A DNA stretch of 64,000 nucleotides, taken from positions 10,852,001 to 10,916,000 of the forward strand of contig CM052816.1 of assembly GCA_028534125.1 (NCBI GenBank), given 5' to 3'. Origin of the DNA: Lama glama. Taxonomy: Eukaryota. How positions within the stretch are numbered: the stretch's first letter is position 1; each line of letters starts with the position of its first letter. The notes under the pieces are model-generated. The model was given only the letters and a program-made list of their open reading frames with translations, was not told the origin of the DNA and did no database searches. This document shows positions 25,796-39,385 of this stretch, piece by piece. The position numbers were made by a program, and so were the translations under genes.

Positions 25796-28154
25796 TCTGC
25801 GGTGTGTATGTGTATCTGTATTCTTTATGAGTAGAGTTCATACTGACATTGATCATTACCATTTTTGCGTAGTACTCAGCCACATCCGTGAGAATGGGAG
25901 AGCAGTGCCTACCTTGTAGGGTGGTTGCCAAGAGCAGCTGGTGAAGAGGGGCACGTGGCTCTGTGCCAGGCACACAGTGGGCCCCCGGTAATGTTTGTCA
26001 AATGACTGAGAGCAAAGTGCTTCTCAATAAATACTTTCTCTCAGTGTTGCATCTTAACGATCAGTGGGAGCTTCCACGTGGAAGGAAGTGCCAAAGAGGT
26101 TCACGGGGTGGCAGCCTGGGCCCAGGCCTGGTGGATTCTGATTATGTTGAACAAAATAGATTCGGATCACTTTCTATTTGGTGCCACTGAAACTGTGCCA
26201 ATGAGCAGCAAAAATGTGATTTCATGTTGGGGGAGTGCCAGGATCCAGACTTACAATCAAAGCGAACCCTGCCTATTTCCAGCACCCCCTCTCTCCCTCC
26301 CCCTGCCATGGGTGTTTCTTACCTCTGAAAGCACTTCTGGATGTTTCGCACAATCAGGTCCCAGATGTTTGAAAGACTTTTGCAGACAAGGTAATCAATC
26401 CATTTGGTGGCCAGATGCTGTCTGAGAATTTCCCGGCTTCAGCACTGTGAGTTTCTAAATTCATTAGAAACATAAATTAATTAAATTTAATCAACAGTGG
26501 GTGATGCAGAAGATTAAACAGTGAAAAACAAATACATTTCCAACTGGGTCATATCAGATGCAGAGAAAAACACTCCACTTTGGAGTTGAAAGTCAAGTTA
26601 ACCCTTTGTGTGATACTCTTAAAAAAAAAAAAAAAACCCTGACTAAATCTGAAGTCCCAGATGAGGCTATGGTTCTTCCCAAATAAGGAAGCCCTAGTGG
26701 GATCATTGACTATTCAAGAAATAAATTGTGTGTTTCTCTGACTTAGAAGAGTTCTGAGGTGGCATTATTTAGTAACGCACTAATGGGGTGAAAATCTCCA
26801 CCATTCCCTTATCACAAAGGGCCCTGGAGATAAGTAAGATTCCACAAGGCACTGCTCACAAGGCATAAAGCAATGTTTCCCAGTAGCATTATGTACTCAA
26901 GTGAATTTGGAAACAGAGTGAAGCATCCTCCTTCAGTCCACCCAAAAGTACGTTACCTGAGTTCAGGGTTCTTGTATATCAATGCTGAGACCCCCACACC
27001 TAGAACATTACCTGGCACATAGGAGATGCTCTGTAAACATCTGTTAAGTGACTGAGTTGTGGATGAGCTTCTTTCTCACAGGATTTCTGAATCTTTAATT
27101 TGCCAAGATGAGCCCCCAAGATGGGAGAGAATGTCTGAGCTATTTCCCAAAAGTGTTTGATTTTTTTTCTCACCCAAGGAGCAGACTCTCAAGGGACTAG
27201 TAACCATTGGATATAATTTAGAGAACTTGGCTCTAAAGCACTGTTGTAAGGCACCTCTGTCTTTTGTCCCTTAGCCTCTCCCCTTAGTCGAAGTGGAGCT
27301 AGAGAAGATTCAGGATGAGTAAACTGTGAAGTTGCGGGGTCAGCTTTTGGGTGGGAGGCTTTTCTCGAAGGATGTGCTCAGCTCAGTGGTGAGACCAGCC
27401 TTTAGCTGGGGAATTGACTCATCCTACCCTTTGGTTTCCCAGTGTAGACAAATGGCTGAGGCTGTGAGGACAGAGAGGTTGCCTCCTTACTTGTAGCCTT
27501 GCAGCAGTATCCAGTTCCAGAGGATACTAATGAACAGGTCAAGCCCAGCAGCCTCTAATCACCTGCCTGCAGAGGCCAAGCAGCATCCAAGGTGAAAGCA
27601 GAGAGGTAAAGGAAAGCCTCAGGAAGAGAAATGGGAGCCAACGTTTGGCCTTAAGGTGAGGGATGCACTAGGGGGTGGTGGAGGATGAGATAAATTCAAG
27701 ACCCTGTGCCGTCTAAAGGAGGCAGCCACTTCCCAGCTCAAGCCAGGAGTGGGAGGATACCAGCCTCATGGTGCCAGTGTTTCTTTTTGCCCAAAGATAC
27801 TGAGAATCTGGACTTTTTAATATGAACCTCATAATTTTTAAGTGTTGACAACTCATCCCCCAAAAATGAAAAGCTGTGTGGGCTAACATTGCAGTGCCAA
27901 ATAAAACAACACTGTTGGTCCATCCATTACAATTGGCATCCTCTGTGCTATCTGTCCCTTGGTGTGGAGTTGTGGAGCCTTCCTCTGCCTTCTCTGGGAT
28001 CCAAAGGGGCGATCCATTTAGAGAAAGAACAGATTATCATATTGCTTGAGTGTCTACGATATGCTAGACATTATGCTCATAAGCTCCTGACCTTCCTTAT
28101 TTCATTTAATCCTTATAAGTCACCTCCAGAGTGGTACCAATATTATTCTTGTTT

Positions 28155-28634
28155 ATATATACATAGATATATATTTTTTATTGAAGTATAGTCAGTTTAC
28201 AATGCTGTGTCAATTTCTGGTGTACAGAACAATGCTTCAGTCATACAGAAACATACATATATTCGTTTTCATGCTCTGTTTCACCATAAAAGTTACTACA
28301 AGATATTGAATATAGTTTCCTGTGCTGTACAGTATAAATTTGTTGTTTATCTATTTTATATATATTAGTATTTGCAAATCTCAAACTCCCAATTTATCCC
28401 TTCCCACCCCGTTTCCCCCACCCCCTGGTAAACATAAGTTTGTTTTCTGTCTGTGAGTCTGTTTCTATTTTATATATATATAAATTTTTTTTAGATTCCA
28501 CACTTAAGTGATATCATATGGCATTTTTCTTTCTCTTTCTGGCTTACTTCACTTAGAATGACGATCTCCAGATCCATCCATGTTGCTGCAAATGGCATTT
28601 TATTATTTTTTATGGCTGAGTAGTATTCCGGTTC
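28155..28634 (-). mobile_element. 5'-truncated lineage-specific L1 3' end inserted in a MIR
   Basis: ttttttattgaagtatagtcagtttacaatg...tttctggcttacttcacttagaatgacgatctccagatccatccatgttgctgcaaatggc. TSD tattcttgttt (28144-28154) and tattcttattt (28635-28645). Confidence 0.88.
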
Positions 28635-29734
28635 TATTCTTATTTTAAAGATAAGGAAACTAAGGTTCATAAAATTTACATAACTTGTTCAAAGGCACTT
28701 CGGTTATAAATGGCAGAGCTGACTGGTATCTTTCTGACACTTAAAGTGATGTTGCTAACTGTTTGCTGTATTATTTTTAGGTAAAGTATTATTCTATCCT
28801 TTATTTAGTGCTTACATGTATCCAGCACCATTCTAAGTGTTTGGATAAATTTACTCAGTTAAACCTCAATATAATATCCTTCCCATTATACAGATTAGAT
28901 GATGGGGAGGAAAAGGTTAAGAAATATACCCAAGATTAGCCAGCTAGTAAGAGGTGAAGCTGAAATTGAAAATGGCATTGAAAGACTACTATTGACCACC
29001 TTCTAGAATTATTTCTGTAAATAACGCCTTAGGTGAGCCATAGAGAAGGTGCCCAGCAAAGAGTTGGCACTGAACCTCATTTTCAGCTGCGTATACTTCT
29101 GCTATCCTGAGCCTGAGGGTGTGGTTGGTGCCTCAGGATAGCTGCTATTTTAGCAGTTTTTCCATGTGACTCACTGGCACCTGTCACTCAAGCAGCCTTC
29201 ACCGTGTCACGTTGCTAACTCCAGGCATGCAGAGCAAAGGCCCTCAAAGCTGGCTCAGCCACCAATGAATGAACTGTCTAATCCAGAAATCCCTTCCCAG
29301 AGATGGGGCGATCCAATTCCAACTGCGTGTTTGTCTGAACTAGTTCACTGGGTCAGGCTTCTTGGCAGAGAAAGATCTTCCCACCCGGTCTCTGGTGCTC
29401 TGTTGCCTTCCTGAAAATTGGAAGGACTAGAATTTAAGAATCAGAAGGGTGTGTCTACATTTTACAGTGCATGTGTTTTCATGGATGTGATTAGCTCAGG
29501 GAAATGAGGAAGATGAGGCAAAATGGATTTTAAGAATGAGGCAGATATAACTGGTTTTTAAATTTTCAGAATCGCATAGGCCTGCTACATCCATTTCAAC
29601 TGAAAACCAAAAGTGTGTGTGTATGTGAGAGAGAAACAAAAACAAGGAGGGAGGGAGAGTGCAGTATCAGAAAGAGGATGTGAACCCAAGTGATCAGGCA
29701 ATAACTATTAACAATTCTAGAAGACTATACTTTC

Positions 29735-30230
29735 ATTGAACATTGACTGAGTCCACCATGTGTCAACCATTGGGCTGTGGGCCAGGAATACCAAAGTGAA
29801 AAAATCAGCTATGATCCCTGCCCTGATGAACTTTATGATCTTACAGGGGAGACAAACATTAACAATAAACACCCAACTATATAATGGTGGATTCTGAGAG
29901 ATGCTTTACAGGGAAAGAATAGGGTCCAGCCAAGGGCAACGGAGAGTGACTAGGCTGTAGAGTGAATGCAGACAGTCAGAAAAGGCCTCTCTTAGGATGT
30001 GCTATTTAAGCTGAAATTTTAAAAATGAATAGATGTTAGCCAAGGAAAAGGCAGGAGGGACAGTAGTTTAGGAAAAAAAGAGAGGAGCATGTTTACAGAC
30101 CCCAAAGTGGGAAAGAGCATGACATTTATGATATCCTGACAGCAAACTGGTGGGGCTAGAACACAGTGAGGCATTGAGTCAGGGAGATGATTTAAGTTGA
30201 GGTGTGCAGGTAGGAAAAGGCCAGTTAACA
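29735..30230 (-). mobile_element. L2 fragment
   Basis: catgtgtcaaccattgg...atccctgccctgatgaacttta...gtcagaaaaggcctctc...agagcatgacattt. Confidence 0.65.
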
Positions 30231-32787
30231 ATGTTTCCTCAGTAATAAATTAGCAAAAGGTGTGTATGATCCCAAAGCTTCCTCAAAATGGCTGCTGGTA
30301 AATTTTACTATTGATTTAATTTCAGGTGAAGAAACAAGCGGTATATTTGAGACTGTGGCAAGTGTTGAGTCTGCACCTTTAGTGTTCAATGGTTTTATTC
30401 CTTCTATTATTTCCTGATAAAGTATTAACATTTAATATCTTCCTATGGACTTTGGAGGAGATAATCAATACATCAAAATCAAGGCTAAGAACCTGCTGTG
30501 GTGTGTGTTGGAGAGAAAGGAATTTTGCTACTGCAGTTAATCGTTATTGGCTTTTTCATGCCGTAAGGTTTTTCATACCCTCAAAGGCAGTAACATACGT
30601 TATTGGAATCAGTACTTGAAATGTCCCCAAAAGTAAAGTCCTTAGAGACAGGGAAATATGATCCTGTTTCCATTCCTTTCCCATCTGCTGTGCTTGGAGG
30701 GAGTGCTTCTGAAAATGGCCTTTGTACTTGACTTCTCAAATGCTGGTTTTATTTCACAGTTATCCCAGGCTATGTGCCTATAGTAATGAACCATTAAAAA
30801 ATAATAATAAGCTGTAGGCAAAAATAGAGCGTTCGTGACTTTAAGTTTAGGGCAGAACTGTCATATGCATTACACGGGCCAACAATCACTTGTCCCCATG
30901 AGAATTCTAAATCTCTAAGTGTGGACCATTTATGTCATGTTTGCTATGCACAGAATGAGATCTTAGATACTGAAAAAGATGCTCTCTATTGAGGAAATAA
31001 ATTCAATTCTGTCTTCAGGGAACTTATAATCTAGTTAAGGAGACACACACACACAGTATATTTGAGCAGTCTGTCACATTTGTACCATAATCCAGTGTAA
31101 AATGAGTCATGCCCTGTAAGAAGATACCAACCAGGTTAGTGAAGTTTTAAATGAAAACTCTTCTTCCTTGGTTTCTAAAGAGACTAGTTTTCAACTGGGT
31201 CTTGGAAGGAAGGGGAAAGAGGATGAGTTCTAACAGGAATTTATTGGTAGAGGCAAAGATGTGTACAAAAGGAACTCTGCCTTAATGTAATGATTTAAGG
31301 AAAATAGAGCGAGTACACACATAAGTGAGACAGTCAGAGGTAGCATGTGAAAAGCGCAAAGAGTTGCAGAGGTTGTGAGGAGGAAGGGGGGTTTTCCTAA
31401 TCGGGGAGCTCACAGAAAGCTTCAAGGAGTGGGTGGCATTGGAACTGGCCTCGAAGGATTGAGGTATTCATTTTTCCTTCAGCCACTTACCAGGAATTTT
31501 TTGGGAACCTTCTAAGTGCTGGTGCCTAGAAAAGCCCTCCAGACTAGAAGAGTGAATTAGTTCCTGCCCTCAAGGGGCGTACTGTCGAAGAGAGAAAGAT
31601 GTCCGGCAGGCACAAGTGATGGAGAGAATGTCACAGGGAAATGAAGTGACATGACAGTTGGTCAGCAAAGCAACCCAAAGAGTTAAACTTTGCTCAAGGG
31701 TGCTCTTGTACTACAAGGAGTTCAGAAGTTAGGATGGAAAAGTTAGGTTGATCCCAGAAGAGCTACTCTCCATGCTAAGAAATACAGCCTGTGACTGTAT
31801 GTGAAAGATTAAGAAAGGATTAGAAAAAAAGAAATAATAGACAAAAGGGAATGGGGACCAAAAAAAACAGAAGGCGTAGGAAAAAGAACCAGGAAAGCAG
31901 AATCGAAGAGGTAGGTTAAGAACTTGGAACTAGATTCAAGTTCTAATCCCAGCTCCACGAATCATTAGCCTTCCAAGCTTGGGGGAGTTATTTAACTTCT
32001 CTACCATTTCTGGACCTGAAAAATGAAGGAAGATGCTGAAGTCATGGACTGTGAGTGACAATTAAATGACGTAACATAAAAACACAAAGCACAGATCCTA
32101 GTCAAAGTAGGTGTTTAATAAATGAGGTTGATAATACAGATTTAGGAAGAGGCTATAGGTCTTGTGCTATGCCTGACATGTGGGAGGCCAACTCAATAAA
32201 TGATACTTTTAAAGAAGAACTGTACTTGTCTAAATGGTGAGGTACTGATATTTTTCTGGGACTGAAATATCTTGAGGCCAGGTGAATAGCTAGTTAATTT
32301 CAGTGGGTTTTCTGCCTGACAGCTGCATTCCACTCCCTAAAGTCACTGTAATAAAGGAATGTGCAGTGAGAAGAGGTTGCTGTTAAGACTGACTTCCTGG
32401 AAGGGAGATCTACAAATCACTTGGAAAGTTCCTGGCATCATCACCTGGGCCTGGCCATTTGCAAAGTGTCCATAAATCTTCCAAAGGGCAGGAGGAGAGT
32501 GTGGGTGTTTTTTATTCCCGCTCTATCAGACTTGTTTCTTTCTGTAAAATATTAGGAGTAATGGGTTAAGTTACCCAAGAAAGGCCATAAGGAGGTCAGG
32601 CTTCCTACCCATGTGGAAGTGATCTTGTAGTTGACGCATCATTTTAAAGTGGACAGGTGAGCAGCCTTCTGCCTGGGAAGCAAATACAAGGTATTGGACC
32701 TTGATCTTTGTAGCAGAAGAAGAAGAAGAAGGATGTTTGTAGCAGAATAAATAGAGTCCTTTCCACTCTCTTTTCTTTCTTCCGTTT

Positions 32788-32895
32788 AAAAGAAAAAGGA
32801 AGGCAGGAAGGAGGAAAGGGTGGAAAGAGGAAAAGGAAGGGAAGGAAAGAGAGGAAGAGAGGAGCTTCAAAGGAGAAGAGGGAAGGGAGGAAGAA
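32788..32895. repeat. Purine-rich (GA/GGAA) low-complexity tract
   Basis: Direct read. Confidence 0.8.
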
Positions 32896-33149
32896 ATTTT
32901 TAAAAACCAAGAAGTTGATTGTCTTTCATTGTGATCATGTAGAACTCTGAGATACTGATTTATGGGGGAACTCTGACAATACTAAGTGTTTTGAGAATCC
33001 TGTTAAACCTTACATGAAGATAGAGTTTCAATAGACTTTTGCTTCCTGTCCATGTTTTGGCTCTGGGTAGGAATTGATCTTGTACAGATTTTATTTCAGC
33101 TGTTAGTGGTGGACCAGTCCTGGTTACTGGTGTGTTTCCTCATACATTT

Positions 33150-35100
33150 GTTTATTCATTCACTGAGCAATCCAACCTTCTTTCTTCTTCACCATTCATT
33201 TCCCCTGGCTGTTGAAACCTTTTCATTGACATATGCACATGCCATTGTTACTAGGATATTACAGGAACGCTTTCCAGCACTGACTTCCCTTACATCTTCC
33301 ACCTCATTTCTTTGCTACCTTTTGCAGCACAACTTGAAAGAGTTGTTCGCAGTCACAATCTCTAATTCCTCTCCTCGTGTTCACTCTGAAACTTAGTCCA
33401 GTTGTTTCACTCCCACTGTGCCACGGACACCATACTTCATCATTCAAGAGACCACCATGATTCAAGTCCAAAGTTCAGCCAAAACCTTTCTCTTTGCCCA
33501 TCAGCTGTGTTTGATGTGATTGATACTCTTTCCTCCGCAGTTCACTTGGCATCCAGGATGCTAAGCTTTCTGGATCTTCCTCTTATATCACTGACAACTC
33601 CTTCTTTGTTCCTTTCCTGATTCTTCCTCTTCTCCCAATGCTTTTATCCATTGGAGTGCCCCAAGGTTCAGCTCTTGGTCCTCCTCACTTCTTTTAAGAC
33701 CCTCACTCCTGGAGATCTCATCCAGTCTCATGAGTTTAAACATCATCTGAAATGCTAATAACTCCTAAATTGTTACCATCAGTGCAGATTCCTCTCCTGA
33801 ATTTTAAACACTTATTTCCAATGATCTACTCAATATCTTCATATATAAACCTCTCATACTTCGCATGCCTGAAAATGAATGTCTGATCTTCCCCCAAATA
33901 CATGCTTCCCCTACAAACTTTTAATCTGTGATGGCAGTCCATCCTTCCAGCTGCTGAGGACAAAAACCTTGGAATCATCCTTGATTCCTCTCCTTCATAC
34001 CCCATAACCAAACCATCAGCAAATCTTCGCAAGTCAATTCTCAATATGAATCCACAATCTGACTGTTTCTCAGTACCTTCACTGCCAGCACCTTGGTCTG
34101 AGCCACCATCATTTCACTTGTATTGTCTCAATGCACTCCCTGACTCCACCTCAGCCCTCTATGGTCTCTTCTCAACACTATGGCCAGATTGATGCTTATA
34201 AAACCAAACTATATCACTCTTCGATTCCAACCCTCCAACAGTCTTCCATTTCATGTTTTCTCACTTTTTTTTTATTATGGTAAAGTATACATAACACAAA
34301 GTTTACCATTTTAACTGTAATTGACCTTTGAACAGCATGGGAATTAGGGGCTCTGACTCTCTGTACAGTTGAAAATCTGGGTGTAATTTAAGTCAACTCA
34401 CCATATCTGTGCTTCCTGCATATTTGAGGATTCAACCAGTCATGGAGCATGTAGGACTGTAGTATGTACTCTTATAAAAAATACATGTATAAGTGGACTT
34501 GCATAGTTCAAACCCATGTGGCTCAAGGGTCAACTATATTTTTAGGTGTCCAGTTCAGCGGTATGAAGTATGTTCACACTGTTGTACCCATTTCACTTTC
34601 AGTAAAAGCCAAAGTGCTTGCTGTGATCTACAAGACTCTACGTTATCTAAACCTCTCATGTCTGGTACCATGTTTTCCCGTTGTTTGCACGGCTTCAGCT
34701 ACACTGGTCCACTGACATGTGCATGTTTCTTAGGATCGTCTCACTGTCTGATCCTTCTGTCTTGAGCACTCCTCTACAGATACGTACATACGGTCTCTTC
34801 ACCTCCTTCTAGTGAAACCTATCGAACCACCCTATTTAAAATCTAGCCTCTCTCCCACCTCCAGCACTCTTAATTCACCTTGCTCAGCTCTGTTTCAACC
34901 CCAGTACGTAACTTATGTTTTATTATCATGTTCATTGAGTCTTACATTTTCTCTACCATTTTCTCTAACATAAGTCCCACAAGGACATATATTTTATCTA
35001 TTTTATTAATTGATGTATATCCAATACCTGGAATAGCATTTGACACCTAGTAGTTATGTTCAGTGAATACTTGCTGAGTGGATAAATGGAATGATGAACG
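33150..35100 (+). mobile_element. Long L2 fragment interrupted by an L1MB-like piece and a MER8-like element
   Basis: ttggagtgccccaaggttcagctcttggtcctc, atctcatccagtctcatgagtttaaa, ccagctgctgaggacaaaaaccttggaatcatccttgattcctct, with a tgaatga-type 3' tail near 35090. Confidence 0.82.
34318..34536. mobile_element. Tigger2/MER8-like TcMar MITE
   Basis: Terminal inverted repeats (t)aattgacctttgaacagcatggg and cccatgtggctcaagggtcaacta, followed by TA. About 220 bp. Confidence 0.82.
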
Positions 35101-37714
35101 ATTCTGTCTCATTTAGTCTTTCCTGGTTTTTCTATGATTTGCGTTATTCATTGGTATCTAAACTGCTTCATGAACATGAAATTGAATATAATGGACTTTC
35201 TAAACATCCAATTTTCAGTGGATAGAAAAGTTCAGTAAGGATATACTATAAGGCCTTTGCCTGATGAACGTTTATTAAAGGTTGGGTCATGCTAAAGATA
35301 AAAATCAATACATTTATTCATTCTGTCTTTTATTGTTTACCTACTATGTGGAAAGTTCTGTTTCCAGTCTTTAAACTAGGGTCATTATCCAAAAGAGAGT
35401 AACATTTTATTCTAATATTCAGAGCACCACAATTCCTAGCCAGAGAGAGAGGAAAGAGAGAGATATAGAAATACTGATTCATAGAACTGTAAATAACACA
35501 TTTGATTCTAATGCATTCCATTTTTTTGCTAAGACCATTGAAAACCCATCATAGCATACTATCTTATGAACTGTTAGCAACATCTTTATTTTGTTTGACA
35601 TAGAAACCTCATGTTTTAGGAGGAAAAATCTGAATCCTTTCCTACTACATCCTTTTCTTTAGGCTCACCTAGAGTTTAGCAAAGGGGCATATTGCATTTA
35701 GTGTTCAATTTATCCTTTGGAGAAATACAAGAGATTTCTTGAATGCAGGGATACAGCTGAGATGTAAGATAACTTAAGTTCCAGTAGTGACTTTCTATGG
35801 CCCTCTAGGTCAAAACTAGGATTCTTACTCTGTGGCTCAAAGACTTCCAATCTCTTCTCCAACTTTTTTTTTTTTTTTTGCTCTATCCCAGTCTACCACT
35901 ACCTCCCAGTCCTCTACTGAAAGCTCCTTGAAGGCAAAGACCAGGTATGTGATGTTTATTAGTATATCCCTGGCACCCAGCCCAGTGACATGCGCATAAT
36001 AGGTATTCATTAAATAGATTCCTTGCACCTCAGACATATTTGCTCAATATCCACCTTGGGTTTTCTCATTACTACCTGTGTGCCCTCTCTCAACCAGCAC
36101 CCTATTTCAGTACCTTCTCTTCACCAATCCATCTGCTCTTTTCTCTTCCTGTGATTCATAGGACCCTGCCAATGCTACAGAGGCTTTTTGGGAGAAAACC
36201 TCTTCTTTACTGATCAATCTATCTGGTTCTAAAGTCATAAAATACTATGTCTTCCAAATAAGACCTTCCCTTTGCCTCAGACCCCTTAAAAATGTTTCTT
36301 ACTGTCAACCAGCAGAAGTATTTTGTTCATTGATACTTTGCATAGGGTATCCATTCTTTATGTGTTGGTCCAGGTTGGTGTTGGCTCTTTTTGACTATCA
36401 TTCAGTAATCAATTTTTAAAAAAGTAAGAAGCACCTATTCTATATTAAGACACTCAGCTAGGTGCTGAGGGTTCAACGGTGAACAAGTTCCTTGTGGAGC
36501 TTACAACTGAGAGACTAACAAAGGGATTTAAATGGTTCTGTTACCATTGTGATAAGTGCTAATGGTAAGTGGTGATAACTGTGATGGAGGAGAAGTATAG
36601 GAGTGATGAGGCCACATCCCAAAGTGGGATGTCTGGCTTTGGAAAGAAGTCATGCAGGGCTTTCCGGAAGAAGTGATATTAGAGTCAGCTCACAAACATG
36701 GAGATCTTTAGCTCCCACAAGACAGGTGCTTGAGTCTTCCTGGCTCAGCCAAATTTTTGACCAAAGACACGCCAAATGGACTCCAGTGTCTGCTCAAGAC
36801 ACACACCCCCCCGCAGATGTGCTGAGCTTTCTCATTTTGGACCTGGGGTCCCACTGACTTTGGGGTCCATCCTAGGTGATCCCATATTGTGCAGGTAATA
36901 GATCTGAATGATTGACAGAGTTTGTATCGCCTGAGCAGTTAATTATTCTTCGGCTTTTTGAAAGAGTGGATGACAGATGGTAGACACCTTGACAGCAGAT
37001 TCCACTATAAATCACACAGGCTTGGAGGTAAGTCTGGACTGCTATCAATTTCCCATTGGCTATTTCTGTACTTAGAGGACTTAGGATTTTTAAAATTCCT
37101 TCGCCCTTTAGGCTAGTTTTGTTCCACTACTGGAAAATTCTCTCTTCTCAGTGTGGATGTTGCAGGAACTTGTTTTGAATGAAAGGCAGTTGTCTCAAAC
37201 CTGGTTAGTTCTGGGTATTTGGTCAGTATGGGGAGGCTGTGTGTGCATTTTAATGGGAACAGCATGGCATTCATTACTCACCTGCTTCCTACCATCTGGG
37301 TTTTCACAGCTCAGCAAGCATGGTGGGCTTACTACGCATTAGCAGGGAGGAACTTGGCTCCAAAGGAGGGCATGGCTAGATCCCTTTGAAGTCATAATTT
37401 TTTGATGGACAGCATGATAAATTGTGGTGGAGGAGGCATTCTATCCCAGTAAGCTACTTTCATATTTAAATGGTCAAAAAGTAATGCATCATTGCCACAC
37501 AGGGGAAGAGGGGAAAACAAACACCTCAATACTGGGAACTGAGCAAGTGCAAAGGAAAATTGCTTGTGTGGTAGAGGGAAATCAAAAAGTGCGTGGGTGA
37601 GTTTGTGCATGGGGATTCAGGACAAGGGACTATTTTTTTCCAGTTCAACATGGATTAATAATCTGGCCCTATGCAAAACACCATGAGGAAAACAAAGATG
37701 GAAAGATGTCTCTT

Positions 37715-38253
37715 ATTATGCATTCAGAAGCACGTAACAGAAAATCTATATAGCAGTGGCTTAAACCACTGGGTATCTTACTGTTTAACAAGTTCAGATA
37801 TAGGCTGTCCCTAAGGTAGGTTTTTGTAGTTCAGTGATGTCACCGGGGACATTGTGCCTTTCTTCCATCTGTCATACTCAGCCTGTCAGCTGGGCCTTAG
37901 ACTTGTCACCTCATGGTCATATGATGGCTGCTATAGCTCCACATATGGCCACATATAACCAGAGACAAAGGTAGCAGTAGGATGCAAAGAGTGTGTTGGT
38001 GCAGCCAGGAGACCTCCCTACACTTGCTTCCTCCCTTTTATTCAGCAAAGAAAAATTTTTCCCAGAATCTCTGCCACCCTGCCCCTCAGCAGACTTTGCT
38101 ATATGCCTCACTGGCCAGATTTGGGTCACATGGTTATCTCCTAGCCATATGGAAGGCTGGGAAGCAAGTATCTGGGTTTTTCAGCCTCTGCACTGGGAGA
38201 CAGGCAAGGCAGAAAGGCACTCGGGAGGAGCAGCCAACCAAGAGTGTCAGCAC
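37715..38253 (-). mobile_element. MLT1J/K-like MaLR LTR
   Basis: gtaacagaaaatct...agtggcttaaac; gatggctgctatagctcca; cactggccagatttgggtcacatgg; ggaaggctgggaagcaagtatctgg. Confidence 0.72.
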
Positions 38254-39214
38254 AGTACCTGTCCGTAGTGAGCTTGGTCTATGTGGGCAGGCTGATATTT
38301 AAACTGTGTCCATTTTCCAGCACTGTGCTTGCAGTTATATATGAAATAGAAGTTAAGATAAAATCTTGGGAATTGGGGCTGCTGGACACTCCTACCTGCA
38401 TTCTTTCAATTAAGAGGATTTCCAGCACCAGATTGAAGTTTAAAGCAGTATGCACAGAATTAGTTACATTCAAATGAAAGGAAAAGGATTCAGTATCTCA
38501 ATACCAGACACTAGTCAGGTGACAGAGGAATCAACTCTGGATCCGACAGAATGTGTATATTAAACACGGTAGGTCAGCATAGCAAGCGTGCAGCATGGGT
38601 GTAGCTTTTTCCCCTGCCCTTGGCAGACATAACTAATTGATCATAGCACTCTCCCACCAAGCCCAGCTATGGCCTCTCAGTCTTTCTCAGTATGCAGCTT
38701 CTGCCAATAGATCAAAATGGGTAAATAAGATTAGATCCATTGTTATCACTTCTCAGAACTTTATATTTATTACTTCTGTCACTGGGACCAAGCTGAAGGA
38801 ATATGAGAAATAGTGTCAAGTTGAGTTAAGGCTACTGAATCAAGAACTCAAACCTAGTCCCAGTTACAAGCAAAGGGAACTTTAGATCAAAGGGCAGAAA
38901 ACCTCGTTTGCGATTCAGATTAACAGAGGTATATTGATGAAGTGAGCTTCCCAGCACTCTAAAAATAGAATTCTAAATAGTGATAATATCTAGACAGTAA
39001 GAGTAAAAAATAAAATCTTTGAATCTGACTAGTGAGAAGATGATTGTTGGCTGCAGATTGAGTTATGCCATATGTATAGAGACCAATAGTATTAAGCATC
39101 TGTATTTGCACGGCATTTTTAACCTTTGGAAGCTCTTAGATACATATCAGTTCATTTTATTACCATAATTTTATTCATTTTTGAAAAACTGTTCACTAGA
39201 AAGGAGCAATAATG

Positions 39215-39385
39215 AAGGAACTTGGGGGCGGAGGGTATAGTGATTAAACTGTTCTATCTCATGATGGTGGCAATGTAGATACACACTTATGTGCATTTAT
39301 CCAAACCCATAAAACTGTATGCCACAGAAAGTAAATTTTACCATATGGGGATTAAAAAATAAATTTTTTAAAAAATCTAAAAAAG
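39215..39385 (+). mobile_element. L1M 3' end fragment
   Basis: gaaggaacttgggg...aaactgttctatctcatgatggtgg...aaacccataaaactgtat...aaagtaaattttac, followed by an A-rich tail. Confidence 0.65.
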
